A stretch of DNA of 64,000 nucleotides from Mustelus asterias (GCF_964213995.1 NW_027590680.1:62001-126000); one strand, 5' to 3'. Positions 26,054 to 40,540 are shown, numbered from the stretch's first letter. Notes: generated from the letters alone by a model not told the origin. Numbers and translations are program-made.

Positions 26054-26667
26054 CTGGACTCGAAACGGCAGCTCTTTCATCTATTTACCGATGCTGCCAG
26101 ACCTGCTGAGTTTTTCCAGCATTTTCTCTTTTGGCTGGAAACACTCAACAAGTCAGGCAGCCTCTGTGGAGAGAGAAACAGACTGACTGTGACCTGTCAT
26201 CGAACTGGGAAATATATTTCCCGCAACTGAAAGAGGTATCTTACAACCTTCGGAACAAAACTGAGTTCAACAATTTTACACCACATTCTCTGCTCCCTTT
26301 GCGTTCTGTGTTTCGTTGTTGCTTTCTTCGCCTTTTGTTTTATTTACTTCGTATTCAGACTGCTGCTATTCACACCTCATCCAGAACATCTTTTGTGACT
26401 TTACTTGTCCCATTACCACTCGCTTTGGTATTGAGCCGTGAATCATTTTGTCAGTTTGCAGACCTTTCATTTTGTTCTTCTCCATCTCCCTCTCTCCCTC
26501 CTTCACAGGCCTGGCTTTCTCTGTGTGGCACTGGAGAGCGAGCTAGACTTGAGATGTTTGAGACAGAGAGATTGAAATGTTTTTTTCTCTCAGAGGGTCT
26601 TTGGTTTCTCTTCCCCAGAGAGCAGTGAAGACAGAGTCATTGAATGTTTTTAAGACTGAGTAAATGG

Positions 26668-27240
26668 ATAAAAGCAAATTACTGCGGATGCTGGAATCTG
26701 AAACCAAAAGAGAAAATGCTGGAAAATCTCAGCAGGTCTGGCAGCATCTATAAAGTGAGAAAAGAGTGGACGTTTCGACTCCAGATGACCCTTTGTCAAA
26801 GCTAAAAGGCATAGAAAGTGGGAGATATTTATACTGCAGGGTGAGGGAATGAAAAATGAGTCACAGCCACAGAAACTCGGGTAAAGAGCTGCTAATGGCA
26901 GTCCATCGAGAGAATAAAGGGTGTGAATGGCCAACGGCAGAGAAGCTGAAATCAGCTGTGACAGATGAAGATGTGGGGGGAGGGGGAGAGGGAATAGGAA
27001 GGAGAGAGGTAAAATGGGAAAAGGGGGGAAGGGAAATAAAAGGGGGAGAAAAGGTAAGGAAAGGATGGAGGTAGACAGGAAAGTGGAGTTGTGGTCGCAA
27101 TCAGATCAGCCAGGATCTTATCAAATGCTGGAGCAGAGGGGCCACTGCTGCTCCGGATTCATGTGGGTGTTTGACTGTATGTTTCACTCTGTTTCTGCCT
27201 CCACAGAAGCTGCCGGGCCTGTTCACTATTTGGGGCTTTG
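26668..27240 (-). mobile_element. Penelope family-2 terminal region
   Basis: aaagcaaattactgcggatgctggaatctgaaacc end, hammerhead-like core at ~26768-26802, purine-rich tract. Confidence 0.55.
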
Positions 27241-27628
27241 ACTATTTTTATTTCAGATTTGAAACATCTGCAGGATATTCTGTCCATGCAAACCCAACAC
27301 ATCTTTCATTGTTTAATGCAGAGCAGTGTGTGTGCACGGTGCTCCCTGTCAACAGGAGAGAATGTTGTGAATTCCTATCCTGGATTGACAGGGATGGATT
27401 TTGTAAATTAATTTTATCTGGGTTAGAAGGGAAGGATTTACACACACAAAATTCAAAACCCTGTTTCTTATTTCAATATTGGATTTATGAGTCGCTGGTA
27501 AGGTCGCTGCATTTCAAACAGAGCTTGCGAGTGTTTTGAAGTGTTTTCTTTAAAAGTCCCCTTCACTCCTGTGCTACTCAGGAGAAGATTTCACATTCAC
27601 ATTCTCCAGGATAGAGGGGCAAGAGAAC

Positions 27629-28210
27629 GGGCGGCACAGTGTTCAGCACCACTGCCTCACAGCACCAGGGAAATCATAGAAGCCCTACAGTACAGAAAGA
27701 GGCCATTTGGCCCATCGAGTCTGCACCAACCACAATCCCACCCCACCCCTACCCCCTTATCCCTACATATTTACCCGCTAATCCCTCTAACCTACGCATC
27801 TCAGGACACTAAGGGGCAATTTTAGCATGGCCAATCAACCTAACCCGCACATTTTTGGACTGAGGGAGGAAACCGGAACACCCGGAGGAAACCCATGCAG
27901 ACACGAGGAGAATGTGCAAACTCCACACACAGGGGTCCCAGGTTCAATTCTGGCCTCGGGTCACTGTCTGTGTGGAGTTTGCACATTCTCCCCGTGTCTG
28001 CGTGGGTTTCCTCCAGGTGCCCTGGTTTCCTCCCACAGTCCAAAGATGTGTGGGCTAGGCTGATTGGCTATGCTAAATTGCCCTTTAGTGTCAGGGGGAT
28101 TAGCAGGGTAAATATGTGGGGTTATGGGAATAGGGCCTGGGTGGGATTGTGGTCGGTACACACTCGATGGGTCAAATGGCCTCCTTCTGCACTGTAGGGA
28201 TTCTATGATT
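27629..28210. mobile_element. Nested, oppositely oriented HE1 SINEs
   Basis: Plus-strand head at 27629-27670, minus-strand copy at 27675-27930, plus-strand body at 27931-28210. Confidence 0.8.
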
Positions 28211-29589
28211 CAGACCAATTGCAGGTGCTGCTTTCTTCCCACCTCACTCTCACAGACTTCAGTGAAGACAGTGTGGAAAGGCTTTGGGACAAGATCAGAT
28301 CTGTGATGCAGTGAACACCCACTCAGCTCATCGGGTTTGAATTGCTCAGGCCGTCACACTGGCTCAACAAGAATGACAAAGAAGTGAGCAAAATCAGAAA
28401 CTGTCTCTGGATTGAATGGAGTAGTATTCCTCCTATTGAACCATTCACACTGATGTCTCACTGGCTGTACCTGTACCAGCTCTCTACCCTGACACATAGT
28501 CATATTATATGGATAAGTGGGCATAGCCTTTAGGTGTTGGTCTGTTAACTACAAGGGAACCATTTTCTTAATTGATTCATGGACATGGGCAGCGCTGGCT
28601 GGCCAGCATTTATCGCCCATCCCCAGCTGCCCTTGAGAAGGTGGTGGTGAGCTGCCTTCTTGAAACCCTGCAGTCCATGTGCTGTGGGTTCACCCACAAT
28701 GCCGTTAGGGAGGATTATGACCCGGTGACTGTGAAGGAATGGTGATACATGTCCAATTCAGGATGGTGAATGGCTTGGAGGGGAACTTGCAGGTGGTGGT
28801 ATTCCCATGTATTTTCTGCCCTTCTGATGAAGGGTCATCTAGACTCAAAGCATTGGGTCTATTCACTCCCCCCAGATGCTGTCCGACCTACTGAGATTTT
28901 CCACCATATTCTGTTTTTGTTTCACATTCCTGCATCGACAGTATTTTGCTTTTATCTTCTGTCCTTGTCCTTTTAGATGGAAGTGGTCGTGGCTTTGGAA
29001 GGTGCTGCCTAAGGAGCCTTGGTGAATTGCTGCAGTGCACCTTCCTTTAGCAATATACTATATCATCTCTCTGGCTTGTTCCACCAACCAAGATCCATAC
29101 ATTATACATTCAGTAGATTCACTTAATACAATTTTACTTTCTTTAATAATTTGATTGATCATTTGTACGTGAGACTTTAGGGCCTGACCATATGTTGTAA
29201 ATGTATGGTTAAGTTCCGACCTTAAGAGTGGCTAAGTTAATGGTATTAACAACCCTGGTGTTAAAAGCTGTTGAAGCATCATTCATTATACCCCGTTACT
29301 GTCTGACATTTTGGATATTATTCCCCTTCCTAATGTGGTTTTGGATAACATCCAGATGCAGATGCTGAGGGGGATTGAGCTTCCATCTTAACATCCTCCT
29401 GATACAATAGCCATGGTACAGGTGCACTTTTCACTTCTTTTTCATCATTGTCCCAGGTCCGCAGCATATTCTTCACCGTGTACGTAACAGTCCTGATCCT
29501 TCTCAGCTTCTTCCATTATCTGGGACTCTGAGTTTCACCAAGTTATGAGAAAACCATTTGACTTTTTAGCCAAAACGTTTATTATTTTA

Positions 29590-29883
29590 TTTGTGCCACA
29601 AATAGGCTTATATTAACACTGCAATGAAGTTGCTGTGAAAATCCCCTCGTTGCCACACTCCATGCCTGTTCAGGTACACTGGGGGAGAATTTAGCATGGC
29701 CAATTCATCTAACCAGTACGTCTTTCGGACTGTGGGAGGAAACTGGAGCATCCGCAGGAAAGCCATGCAGACACGGGGTGAACGTGCAAACTCCACATAG
29801 ATAGTACCCAAGCCAGGAATTGAACCCGGGTCCCTGGCGCTGTGAGGCAGCAATGCTAACCACTGTGCCCCACCGTGCCGCCC
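29590..29883 (-). mobile_element. HE1-head SINE with an alternative tail
   Basis: gggcggcacggtgggg...agtggttagcattgctgcctcacagc head; tail matches 37560-37630. Confidence 0.8.
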
Positions 29884-30072
29884 GTTTGCATATTCAATAC
29901 AACTGACCTTATCCACCGTAGTCTATGGTCCCTTATACAGGGGTCCAAACACATCTCCCTTTGCACAATTTCTTACCCTCACTTGGTCTCCAATATGACA
30001 CTCCTGTGGTTGGATGGGGCTAATAGGGACCTACTCCAGATACTCATGAGAACCAGTGGAAGTTCTTCAGTC

Positions 30073-32082
30073 CATAAGACCATAAGACATAGGAGCGGAA
30101 GTAAGGCCATTCGGCCCATCGAGTCCACTCCACCATTCAATCATGGTTGATTTCAACTCCATTTACCCGCTCTCTCCCCATAGCCCTTAATTCCTCGAGA
30201 AATCAAGAATTTATCAATTTCTGTCTTGAAGACGCTCAACGTCTCGGCCTCCACAGCCCTCTGTGGCAATGAATTCCACAGACCCACCACTCTCTGGCTG
30301 AAGAAATTTCTCCTCATCTCTGTTCTAAAGTGACTCCCTTTTATTCTAAGGCTGTGCCCCCGCGTCCTAGTCTCCCCTGTTAATGGAAACAACTTCCCTA
30401 CGTCCATCCTATCTAAGCCGTTCATTATCTTGTAAGTTTCTATCAGATCTCCCCTCAACCTCCTAAACTCCAATGAATATAATCCCACGATCCTCAGACG
30501 TTCATCGTATGTCAGGCCTACCATTCCTGGGATCATCCGTGTGAATCTCCGCTGGACCCGCTCCAGTGCCAGTATGTCCTTCCTGAGGTGTGGGGCCCAA
30601 AATTGCTCACAGTACTCCAAATGGGGCCTAACCAGTGCTTTATAAAGCCTCAGAAGTACATCCCTGCTTTTGTATTCCAAGCCTCTTGAGATAAATGACA
30701 ACATTACATTTGCTTTCTTAATTACGGACTCAACCTGCAAGTTTACCTTTAGAGAATCCTGGACTAGGACTCCCAAGTCCCTTTGCACTTTAGCATTATG
30801 AATTTTGTCACCGTTTAGAAAATAGTCCATGCCTCTATTCTTTTTTCCAAAGTGTACGACCTCGCACTTGCCCACGTTGAATTTCATCAGCCACTTCTTG
30901 GACCACTCTCCTAAACTGTCTAAATCTTTCTGCAGCCTCCCCACCTCCTCAATACTACCTGCCCCTCCACCTATCTTTGTATCATCGGCAAACTTTGCCA
31001 GAATGCTCCCAGTCCTGTCATCTAGATCGTTAATATATAAAGAGAACAGCTGTGGCCCCAACACTGAACCCTGCGGGACACCACTTGTCACCGGTTGCCA
31101 TTCTGAGAAAGAACCTTTTATCCCAACTCTCTGCCTTCTGTCTGACAGCCAATCATCAATCCATGTTAGTACCTTGCCTTGAATACCATGGGCCCTTATT
31201 TTACTCAGCAGTCTCCCGTGAGGCACCTTGTCAAAGGCCTTTTGGAAGTCAAGATAGATAACATCCATTGGCTCTCCTTGGTCTAACCTATTTGTTATCT
31301 CTTCAAAGAACTCTAACAGGTTTGTCAGGCACGACCTCCCCTTACTAAATCCATGCTGACTTGTCTTAATCCGACCCTGCACTTCCAAGAATTTAGAAAT
31401 CTCATCCTTAACGATGGATTCTAGAATTTTGCCAACAACTGAGGTTAGGCTAATTGGCCTATAATTTTCCATCTTTTTTCTTGTTCCCTTCTTGAACAGT
31501 GGGGTTACAACAGCGATTTTCCAATCCTCTGGGACTTTCCCTGACTCCAGTGACTTTTGAAAGATCATAACTAACGCCTCCACTATTTCTTCAGCTATCT
31601 CCTTTAGAACTCTAGGATGTAGCCCATCTGGGCCCGGAGATTTATCAATTTTCAGACCTTTTAGTTTCTCTAGCACTTTCTCCTTTGTGATGGCAACCAT
31701 ATTCAACTCTGCCCCCTGACTTTCCTGAATTGTTGGGATATTACTCATGTCTTCTACTGTGAAGACTGACGCAAAGTACTTATTAAGTTCCTCAGCTATT
31801 TCCTTGTCTCCCATCACTAGATTACCAGTGTCATTTTGGAGCGGCCCAATGTCTACTTTTGCCTCCCGTTTGTTTTTAATGTATTTAAAGAAACTTTTAC
31901 TATCATTCCTAATGTTACTGGCTAGCCTACCTTCATATTTGATCCTCTCCTTCCTTATTTCTCTCTTTGTTATCCTCTGTTTGTTTTTATAGCCTTCCCA
32001 ATCTTCTGACTTCCCACTACTCTTTGCCACATTATAGGCTCTCTCTTTTGCCTTGATGCATTCCCTGACTTCCTTTGTCAGC
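30073..32082 (-). mobile_element. Young 5'-truncated CR1 LINE with an uninterrupted RT ORF
   Basis: 625-aa ORF 30153-32030: [40 protein letters not shown]; no endonuclease domain. Confidence 0.95.
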
Positions 32083-33273
32083 CACTTTGTGCTGTTCCAT
32101 CCAGTTATTTTCTGAGAACGAGCTTCATGTGCGGTTCATTCTTTCTACAATTCCCAGCAATTGGTGTGAGCTACTTGCCATCTCCCTCCTTTCAATTTTC
32201 CAATTAAACAAAAGCACGGAGGAACAAACCGTTCTCTGGAGCATTCCACATTGCAATGACTCAGCCAAAGTCAACTTCCCAACCCATCAGCAACCTCTTT
32301 ACACACAGAATAAATTGTTGTTCCCTTTGAAATTTGCTATTCTTGTATCTGTCATGTTAAGTGAAAAAGCTTCTGCAGCATGGCTCATTTTACAGCAATC
32401 CTCTGCACTTACAAAGTGACTATTTAAGAAGCATTGTAAAGAAGGAGAAAGAGGTAGAGAGGCTTATGGAGGGATTTCCAGAGCTTACAGGTGATGACGC
32501 TGAAAGCACCACCACCATCGGTGGAGCAAATGAAATATGGTCACTACAAGAGGCCAGAATTGGAAATGATCTGATATATGAGAGTTGTGGGGCTGGAGAA
32601 GATCACAAAGATAGGGAAGGGCGAGGCCATACAGTGATTGAAAATAAGGATTGAAATTTTAAAACAAGGTGCTGCTTAACCAGGGACTGATGCAGGAGTG
32701 ATGTGTTTGTTATTTTGGGGGGAGTGGGGGGAGATGACAACAGATTTAAAGGAAAGAGGGACAATACCCGAAGAAAGAAGCGAACCACTAACAATGTAAG
32801 CTCACGTGGGGATGTTGTGTAGTCAGCAGTTCAGCGAGAATAGGATAGAAGGTGCAGGAAGTGGGTCTTGAGGGCAGAGGTCATGAGGGGAGGTGGGAGA
32901 ATCTAGAGAAAGATACAGATGCAGGACTCAGATAAGGGGTATTTTAGCTCGGTGGGCTAGTGCATGGGATGGACATGGCAGAGGCAACTGTCACTAAGAT
33001 TGAGATCTTCCAATCAAAGAAGATCCATGAGTTCCTCTCACTTGGAGGTGAGGATGGAGCAGATAGAAAGACGGAGAATCCTTCAGAAGGAATTAACTTG
33101 TGTCAGATATTCAGGCGACTCACATTGTTTAACACAAAGCCAGTTTATTTGACTTTTAGCCAGGAGATTAGCACTTGTATAACTGGACTGGAGGTTAGTA
33201 ACATCAGCAAAAACAGACCCCAAATGAACACAGTTCAATCCCGGACGTGATTAACAATATCCAATCATTGCAA

Positions 33274-33981
33274 TTACTTGTGACCTCGCTGGTGTTTCAA
33301 CACATGGGATGAATGAGCAAATTTCTTCTTACAGACAGTGCAAGTGAATGGTTTCTCCCCAGAGTGAACTCGTTCGTGTAACCGAAGATGGGATGGCTGA
33401 GTGAATTTCTTCCCACACTGGGAGCAGGTGTACGGCCTCTCCCCAGTGTGAGTGCGCTGGTGGAGAGAGGGTTGATACGAATGCTTGAACCCAGCCTCAC
33501 AGTGAGAGCACCTGAACGGTCTTTCATCAGAGTGAATGAGTTGATGGCTCATCAGTTCCCTCGAACTTTTAAAGCATTTCCCGCATTCTGCGCATTTGAA
33601 AGGTCTTTCGTCCGTATGAACCTGCTTGTGTCTCAGCAGGATAGATGAACTAGTAAATCCCTTCTCACACACTGAGCAAGTGAATGGTCTCTCCCTCGTG
33701 TGAACGCGCTGGTGTTGCTGCAGATGCGCATTGCGATTAAATCCCTTCCCACACTCGGAGCAGTTAAACAGCTTTTCCCTGGTGTGACAGCGTCTATGCA
33801 TTTCCAGATCAGATGGGAAATTAAATTCCTTCCCACAGTCCCCACATTTACACAACTTCTTTCCAGTGTGACTGCGTTTGTGTTTCGACAGGCCAGATGA
33901 TCGACTGTAGCCTTGTCCACACACAGCACACATAAACGGTTTCTCTCCACTGTGAACGCTGCTTTTTTCATCCATGTTCAA
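33274..33981 (-). CDS. C2H2 zinc-finger protein, 8 fingers
   Basis: Uninterrupted 235-aa ORF, CAVC through CTVC. Confidence 0.85.
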   Translation of the reverse strand: MNMDEKSSVHSGEKPFMCAVCGQGYSRSSGLSKHKRSHTGKKLCKCGDCGKEFNFPSDLEMHRRCHTREKLFNCSECGKGFNRNAHLQQHQRVHTRERPFTCSVCEKGFTSSSILLRHKQVHTDERPFKCAECGKCFKSSRELMSHQLIHSDERPFRCSHCEAGFKHSYQPSLHQRTHTGERPYTCSQCGKKFTQPSHLRLHERVHSGEKPFTCTVCKKKFAHSSHVLKHQRGHK

Positions 33982-34742
33982 AGTAAAATGATAGTCGGGT
34001 TACGATAAATTGGGTAATTCTGTCAGATTCTGCTGTGGGTTTGAATGTCCCGACTGCAAATCCTTCTCTTCAAATATTCTGAGAGATTTAAAACAGAAAA
34101 AAAGAGAGAATGAGAAAACCCACAGGATCACAAAGGCAGTTTGTAAAATTGAACGGAATGGATCTGCTGATTTATGGAATCAACATGAGGGCAGGAAACT
34201 TGCCACAGCAATGGGATGAGAGAGAAAGAGGTGAGAGAGGCAGAGCGAAGTAGAGTTTTTTTATAGATGTACAACTTGACAGGAACTGTGACAGAATCTC
34301 CCAAACCCTCAATCTCCGCAGTCTAGAATGACTAGGGTAAGCAGCTATATGTGAACATCACCTCCAAGTTGCCCTGCACATCAGCCTGATGTTTAATTTG
34401 TCTGACACCAGTCCTCCAATAATAAACTGGGAAATCTGAAGACATTGTCCAATTCCTGGCTGCTGACTCTTCCTGACAACTGTGGCAGAACCAATCTGTA
34501 TCATTGTGTTTTTTTAAATTAATGGGATGTGAGCATTGCTGGCTGGGCCAATGTTAATTGTCCATCCCTAACCATATTGCCAAATAAGGATGGCAGATTT
34601 CCTTTCCTAAAGGATATTAGTGAATCAAGGTGGGTTGCTACAATTGTCATTAGCCTTTTTAAATTTTATTTTTATTGAATTCAAATGGCCCCCAGATCTT
34701 GCCCTGGGTCTCCGGGCTTCTAGTCCAGCGACAATACCATGA

Positions 34743-35115
34743 TGGGGAGACGATGGCCAAGTGGTCTTGGCACTGGACTATTTAATCCAGAAACTCAGCC
34801 AATGTTCTGGGGACCCAGGTTCGAATCCCACCACGGCAAGTTGCTCTCACTGCCCTCTCTCCCTCTCTCCTACCATGGCAAGTGGTGGAATTTGAATTCA
34901 ATAAACAAAGAATTAGCTGGAATTAAGAATCTACCGATGACCATGTAACCATTGTTGTAAAAGCCTATTTGGAAATCTGCCATCCTTACTCCGTCTGGCT
35001 TACACATGACTCCAGAGCTACAGCTATGTGCTTGACTCTCAACTGCCCTCAGGCAATTAGGGATGGGCAATAAATGCTGGTCAGCCAGCAATGACCACGT
35101 CCCATGAATGAATAA
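34743..35115 (+). mobile_element. Second tRNA-derived SINE family (minus-strand copies at ~10240-10390, 34515-34740, 36060-36335)
   Basis: A box tggccaagtgg, B box ggttcgaatcc, tail gggatgggcaataaatgctgg. Confidence 0.7.
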
Positions 35116-35693
35116 TAACACCACCACCTTCCCTCATATTGGACCCCAAGATGAGTTTCTGACCACATTTCCATGTCATCATTAGAATCCTATTTTGGTC
35201 AGAGTATCATCAAACTTCACCTTTGCCTCATCTCATTGTCCACTGAAACCCTCATCTTACCCTCACAAGCTTCTGGTTAAGACACCACCTTAATTGTTGA
35301 AATGATTTTTCAAATCTCTTCATGGACTTGACTCTCATGATCTCTATAATCTCCTCCAGATGCACAATGCTGACCAAATCGCCACTCCTCTAATTCTGGC
35401 CTCCTCGCTCTCTACAGCTGTGCACCTACCTTTCCTCTTTAAAATCTACCTCTTTGACCAAGCTTTTAGATATCTGCCCAAATATTTCCGACCATGGCTG
35501 ATTGTTAATTGCTAACTCAGCAGGCCGGGTACTGCCTGTGGCGAGAGAAAGAGACAGAATGAACAATTCAGGAAGGTACTGCAGAATGAAATTTGGAGAA
35601 TAAAAATGGTGCAGGATTTGATGGTCAATAAGCTCAGAAGTGGAAGAGAAATTGACTACAGGAAAAAAAAAACGTCCTGATGCTGAAAGATGC

Positions 35694-36015
35694 ACGGTGG
35701 CACAGTGGTTAGCACTGCGGCCTCACAGCACCAGGGATCCGGGTTGAATTCCAGCCTTGGGTGACTGTCAGTGTGCTGTTTGCACATTCTCCCTGTGCTG
35801 GCATGGGTTTCCTCCGGGTGCTCCGGTTTCCTCCCACACTCCAAAAATGTGCAGGTAAGATGGATTGGTCAAACTAAATTGCCCATTACTGTCAGAGGGG
35901 TTAGCAGGGTAAATATGTGAGGTTATGGGGATAGGGCCTAGGTGGGATTATTGTTGGTGCAAGCTTGATGGGCTGAATGGCCTCCTTCTGCACTGTAGGT
36001 ATTCCATGATTCTAT
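35694..36015 (+). mobile_element. HE1-type SINE
   Basis: cacggtggcacagtggttagcactgc head and attctatg tail. Confidence 0.85.
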
Positions 36016-36879
36016 GCTGTGGGAAGATAAAGCTAGTAATTTTTTTAAAAAGTCATTCACAGAAGAAGGACTAGCCAGCATTTATTGCCCATCCCTAACT
36101 GCCCTTGGACTGAGTGGCTTGCTCAGCCATTCCAGAAGACAGATAAGAGTCAACCACATTGCTGAAAATCTGGAGTCACATGTAGGCCAGGCCAGGCCAG
36201 GTAAGGACAGCAGATCTTCTTCCCGAAAGGACATTAGTGAACCAGATAGGTTTTTTACAACAATCGACAATGGTTTCATGGTCATCAGTAGACTTTAAAT
36301 TCCAGATTTTTTGACTGCATTCAAATATCACCATCAATACATAGTCGGGGGAGGGACAACAGTTGAAACTTCATTTCGACAATCTAACAGTAAAATATTA
36401 AACACAGTTAAAACATACCCAGCGTTAGAGACAGAGGGAAGTTAGACAATGACAGAAAGGTGATCAGGGAGGGCAGAGGTAAAACTGAGCAATGGATGGA
36501 CATGGATTCAGATCCAAAGATGTGCGGGTTAGGTTGATTGGCCAGGTTAAAAATTGCCCCTTAGAGTCCTGGGATGCGGAGGTTAGAGGGATTATCGGGT
36601 AAAATATGTGGGGGTAGGGCCTGAGTGGGATTGTGGTCGGTGCAGACTCGATGGGCCGAATGGCCTCCTTCTGCACTGTAGGGTTTCTATGATTCTATGA
36701 TCCACAGTAAAGAAGTCAGACCAGCCACACGTGGAACCTCTCTCAGATAACAGAACACACCACTAAAAACTCTCAGTTTCAGAGGAATGGTCACAAGCAC
36801 TCGCCTCTGAAACAATGCCGCTGTTTTAAAGATAAATCTGCTTCTGGGAGCTGCAGCTGGAAAGATCAGAAACCAGAGA

Positions 36880-37075
36880 GAGAGATTTCAAAACTCCCGC
36901 CACTGTGGGAACCCCGGAAGTGGGCGTGATGACACCACAATGGTGTGCGTGTGATGGCGTCACCGCATGGTTGCGACTGCGCGATTAGCTCAGAATCTGC
37001 ACGTGCGCGAACACGTTGACAGGCTGTTCCAATGACGTCACCCAAGGGAAAACTGCGCTTGCGCTGGCAGTGCAG
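36880..37075. promoter_or_regulatory. CpG-rich putative promoter
   Basis: ccggaagt (ETS), cacgtg (E-box), tgacgtca (CRE), CpG-dense. Confidence 0.5.
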
Positions 37076-37340
37076 AAAAGAAGTCTTGCAGTTGGATGTT
37101 GGGACATGTTGTGTCTGAACAAAGGAGAGTGACCATCCCAACAAACCCTCAACATGATCAGAACCACTTCACTCAGGTTCATTCACTGCAGTCCAGCTTG
37201 TATTTTCATATCGCCTGATGAAGGAGCAGCGCTCCGAAAGCTCATGGTTCCAGATAAACCTGTTGGACTCTAACCTGGTGTTGTGAGACTTCTTACTATT
37301 TTCATATCATCAGTCCTTCTTCCCCACATCCCTCCACCAG

Positions 37341-37635
37341 GGGCGTGGGCACGGTGGTTAGCACTGCTGCCTCACAGCACCAGGGACCCAGGTTCAATTT
37401 CTGGCTTGGGTTACTTTCTATGCAGAGTCTGCATGTTCTCCCCGTGTCTGTGTGGGTTTTCTCCAGGTGCTCCGGTTTCTTCCCACTGTCCAAAAGACAT
37501 GCTGGTTAGGTGCATTGGCCATGCTAAATTCTCCCTCAGTGTACCCGAAAAGGTGCCGGAGTGTGGTGACTAGGGGATTTTAATAGTAATTTTATTGCAG
37601 TGTTAATGTAAGCCGACTTGTGACTAATAAAAAAA
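37341..37635 (+). mobile_element. HE1-head SINE
   Basis: ggcacggtggttagcactgctgcctcacagc head and aataaaaaaaa tail. Confidence 0.8.
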
Positions 37636-37743
37636 ATACTTTTACTTTACCTTCGAATATTCAATCTTTCAAAGTTTATCTTATCCTCTGTGTCTTCAAT
37701 TCTTCCGGGTTAATCATTGTAACAATTCTCTGTTTTGATTTAC

Positions 37744-38070
37744 ATAAGAACATAAGAAATAGGAGCAGGAGTAGGCCATCTAGCCCCTCGAGCCTGCCCC
37801 GCCATTCAATAAGATCATGGCTGATCTGACGTGGATCAGTACCACTTACCCGCCTGATCCCCATAACCCTTAATTCCCTTACCGCTCAGGAATCCATCCA
37901 TCCGCGCTTTAAACATATTCAGCGAGGTAGCCTCCACCACCTCAGTGGGCAGAGAATTCCAGAGATTCACCACCCTCTGGGAGAAGAAGTTCCTCCTCAA
38001 CTCTGTCTTAAACCGACCCCCCTTTATTTTGAGGCTGTGTCCTCTAGTTTTAACTTCCTTACTAAGTGGA
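37744..38070 (-). mobile_element. CR1 3' end
   Basis: cataagaacataagaaataggagc tail; FFSQRVVNLWNSL on the minus strand. Confidence 0.85.
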
Positions 38071-39187
38071 AAAAATTTGATTTATTATTGTCACATTTAT
38101 TGGGATACAGTGAAAGTGTTGTCTCTTGCATGCTGGTCGGACAATAAATACCGTTCATAGAGTACATAGCATAGAAGGAAAGGCTGCAGAATATAATGTT
38201 GCACTTACAGATAGGGTGTAGAGAGAGATCTGCTTATTGTGGTAGGTCCATTCAAAAGTCTGATGGTGGCAGGGAAGAAGCTGTTCTTGAGTCCGCTAGT
38301 ACATGATCTCACCTTTAAAAAAATGATCTCAACTTTAAACTTTAACCTGGCTTTACATGTCCAGATTCAGCACCAATCCAGTATTAAGTTATAACCATAA
38401 CCTTTTCTTCATGGGATAGGAAATTGTGAATTTCTTGTTATAAACCATTCCTGAAATGCTGCTGGTCCTGGAATGTAAAAGGGAAATTTGTGCTGATCTA
38501 GATTAAAGGGAACTGACCAAAATCAGTTTATCCTTTCAGTTGGGTAGATATGGAAAAATGATTTCCTCTGGTGGGGGAATCAAGAACAAGGGAACATTGT
38601 GTGAAAGATTGGAGCTCAGAGTGAAATCGGGCAGTAATTCTTCAACTGTGACGAAAAGTCAAAGGACCAGAAACCTTAACTCTGCTTTCTCTCTTGATAA
38701 ATGCGGGCAGACATGCTGAGTTTTTCCAGTTCTTGTAGCAATTCTTTCCACATGGAAATAGAAAACAAAGGCTGGAAAATCAGCTTTAGGAGAATGATTC
38801 CAGGGATGAGAAACTTCAGTGATGAAGACAGATTGGAGAATTTGGGACTCTTTCACTTGGAGAAAAGACTGAGAGGAGATTTGATAGAAACATTCAAAAT
38901 CATGAGGGGTGCAGAAGAGATTCACTGAGACAATCACAGGGAATAGAGGCTTTAGTTATCAGGAAAGATGATAGAAACTGGGGTTCTTTTCACGAGAACT
39001 GATTGAAAATCTGGGGATGGGTTCAAAATTTTATCAGGTGAATGAGAAAAAACTATTTCTCAAGTCGATGAGTCAGCAACTAATGGACATCAGATTTAAA
39101 TCATCACCCAAAGACTCAGAGCCAAGGATGAAATATTGAACAGATTTGTACAACATTGAATCAGACTCTCACTGTCCCTGTGGATTT

Positions 39188-39393
39188 GTGATGTGGAGTT
39201 GCCAGTGTTGGACTGGGGTAGGCACAGTAAGTAGTCTCACAACACTAGGTTAAAGTCCAATGGGTTTATTTGGTAGCACGAGCTTTCGGAGTGCCGCTCC
39301 TTCATCGGGCACTCACCTGATGAAGGAGCGGTGCTTGGAAAGCTAGTGCTACCAAATAAACCTGTTGGACTTTAACCTGGTGTTGTGAGACTA
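39188..39393. mobile_element. Penelope foldback with two back-to-back hammerhead motifs
   Basis: Minus-strand core at 39277-39309; plus-strand cac-CUGAUGA...GAAAgcUA|gtg at 39314-39348; flanked by duplicated cctgtggatttgtg. Confidence 0.75.
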
Positions 39394-39584
39394 TTTCCTG
39401 TGGATTTGTGTCCACACTGTGCCATTAAACACTGAGGACAGCTACATGGCTGTGTCACCGACACCTCCTCAGGATATCCAGGCTAAGAGAGACACTCTTG
39501 AAGGAATGGGCAGCTGGGATTTGTCCATGAGGGTAACCAGAGGTTTGAAAACTGAAATAATCCACTGTAATGATGAGGTGTTAA

Positions 39585-39950
39585 CCTTGGCTCAGTGATT
39601 GCTTTCTCATATCTGAGTCAGGAGGCTGTGGTTTCAAATCCAGAGAAGTGAACAGAAATTCCAGACTGACATTCCACTGCAGTACTGAGGGAGCCCCGCA
39701 CTGTCAGAGGTCCTATGTTCCAAGTAAGACTGAACAGTCAGGCATAAGAGATCCATTGATGCTATTTCAAAGAGCAGGGGAAGAGTCTTGATCAACCTTT
39801 ATCCCTCAATCAAGATCACTCAAATACATTGTCTGGATTATTTTCCATGGGATCTTGCTGTGCAAATGAGCTGCTGTATTTCCAACATTGTCTGAACTTC
39901 AAAAGAATTTGATTGGCTAGGAAAACTTTGGAACAACCTGATATCATGAA
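39585..39950 (+). mobile_element. DeuSINE (SacSINE1-like) SINE
   Basis: ccttggctcagtg head, gcagtactgagggag, and gggatcttgctgtgc Deu-domain-like text, recognised by eye. Confidence 0.6.
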
Positions 39951-40134
39951 AGGCTCAACACAAATATAAATGTTCCTTCAACTGAGAGAAGACCCAGAAA
40001 TGGAACAGTCGAGAACAGGATTTCAGTTAGTCTCTTAACAAATACGCAACACACTGGGTGTTTGACACTGAGCTGGTTTATTTCATGTGTTTTCAGAATC
40101 TTAAACTCCAGCTCAGTTCTTGGGATTATTAACA

Positions 40135-40540
40135 TAGTCATAGAGGTTTACAGCATGGAAACAGGCCCTTCGGCCCAACTTGTCCCATGCTGACCTTTTT
40201 TTTAAACCCCTAAGCTAGTCCCAATTGCCCACATTTGGCCCTTTTCCCTCTATACACATCTTACCCATGTAACTATCTAAATGCTTTTTAAAAGACAGAA
40301 TTGTACCCGCCTCTACTACTACCGCTGGCAGCTTGTTCCAGCCACTCACCACCCTCTGTGTGAAGAAATTGCCCCTCTGGACACATTTGTTTCTCTCCCC
40401 TCTCACCTTAAACCTATGCCCTCTAGATTTAGACTCCCCGACCTTTGGGAAAAGATATTGACTATCTCGCTGATCTATGCCCCTCATTATTTTATAGACC
40501 TCTATAAGATTACCACTCAGCCTCCTATGTTCCAGAAAAA
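40135..40540 (-). mobile_element. CR1 3' end
   Basis: ORF 40215-40487 ...FFTQRVVSGWNKLP. Confidence 0.85.

Noticed and set aside
30153-32030. 625-aa RT ORF as a domesticated gene or the partner of the tandem element
   Set aside because: It is an ordinary 5'-truncated young CR1 with its own microsatellite tail and shares no 3' end with the A-tailed element.
35694-35770. tRNA genes at A/B-box sequences
   Set aside because: They continue into SINE bodies and LINE-derived tails, so they are SINE heads.
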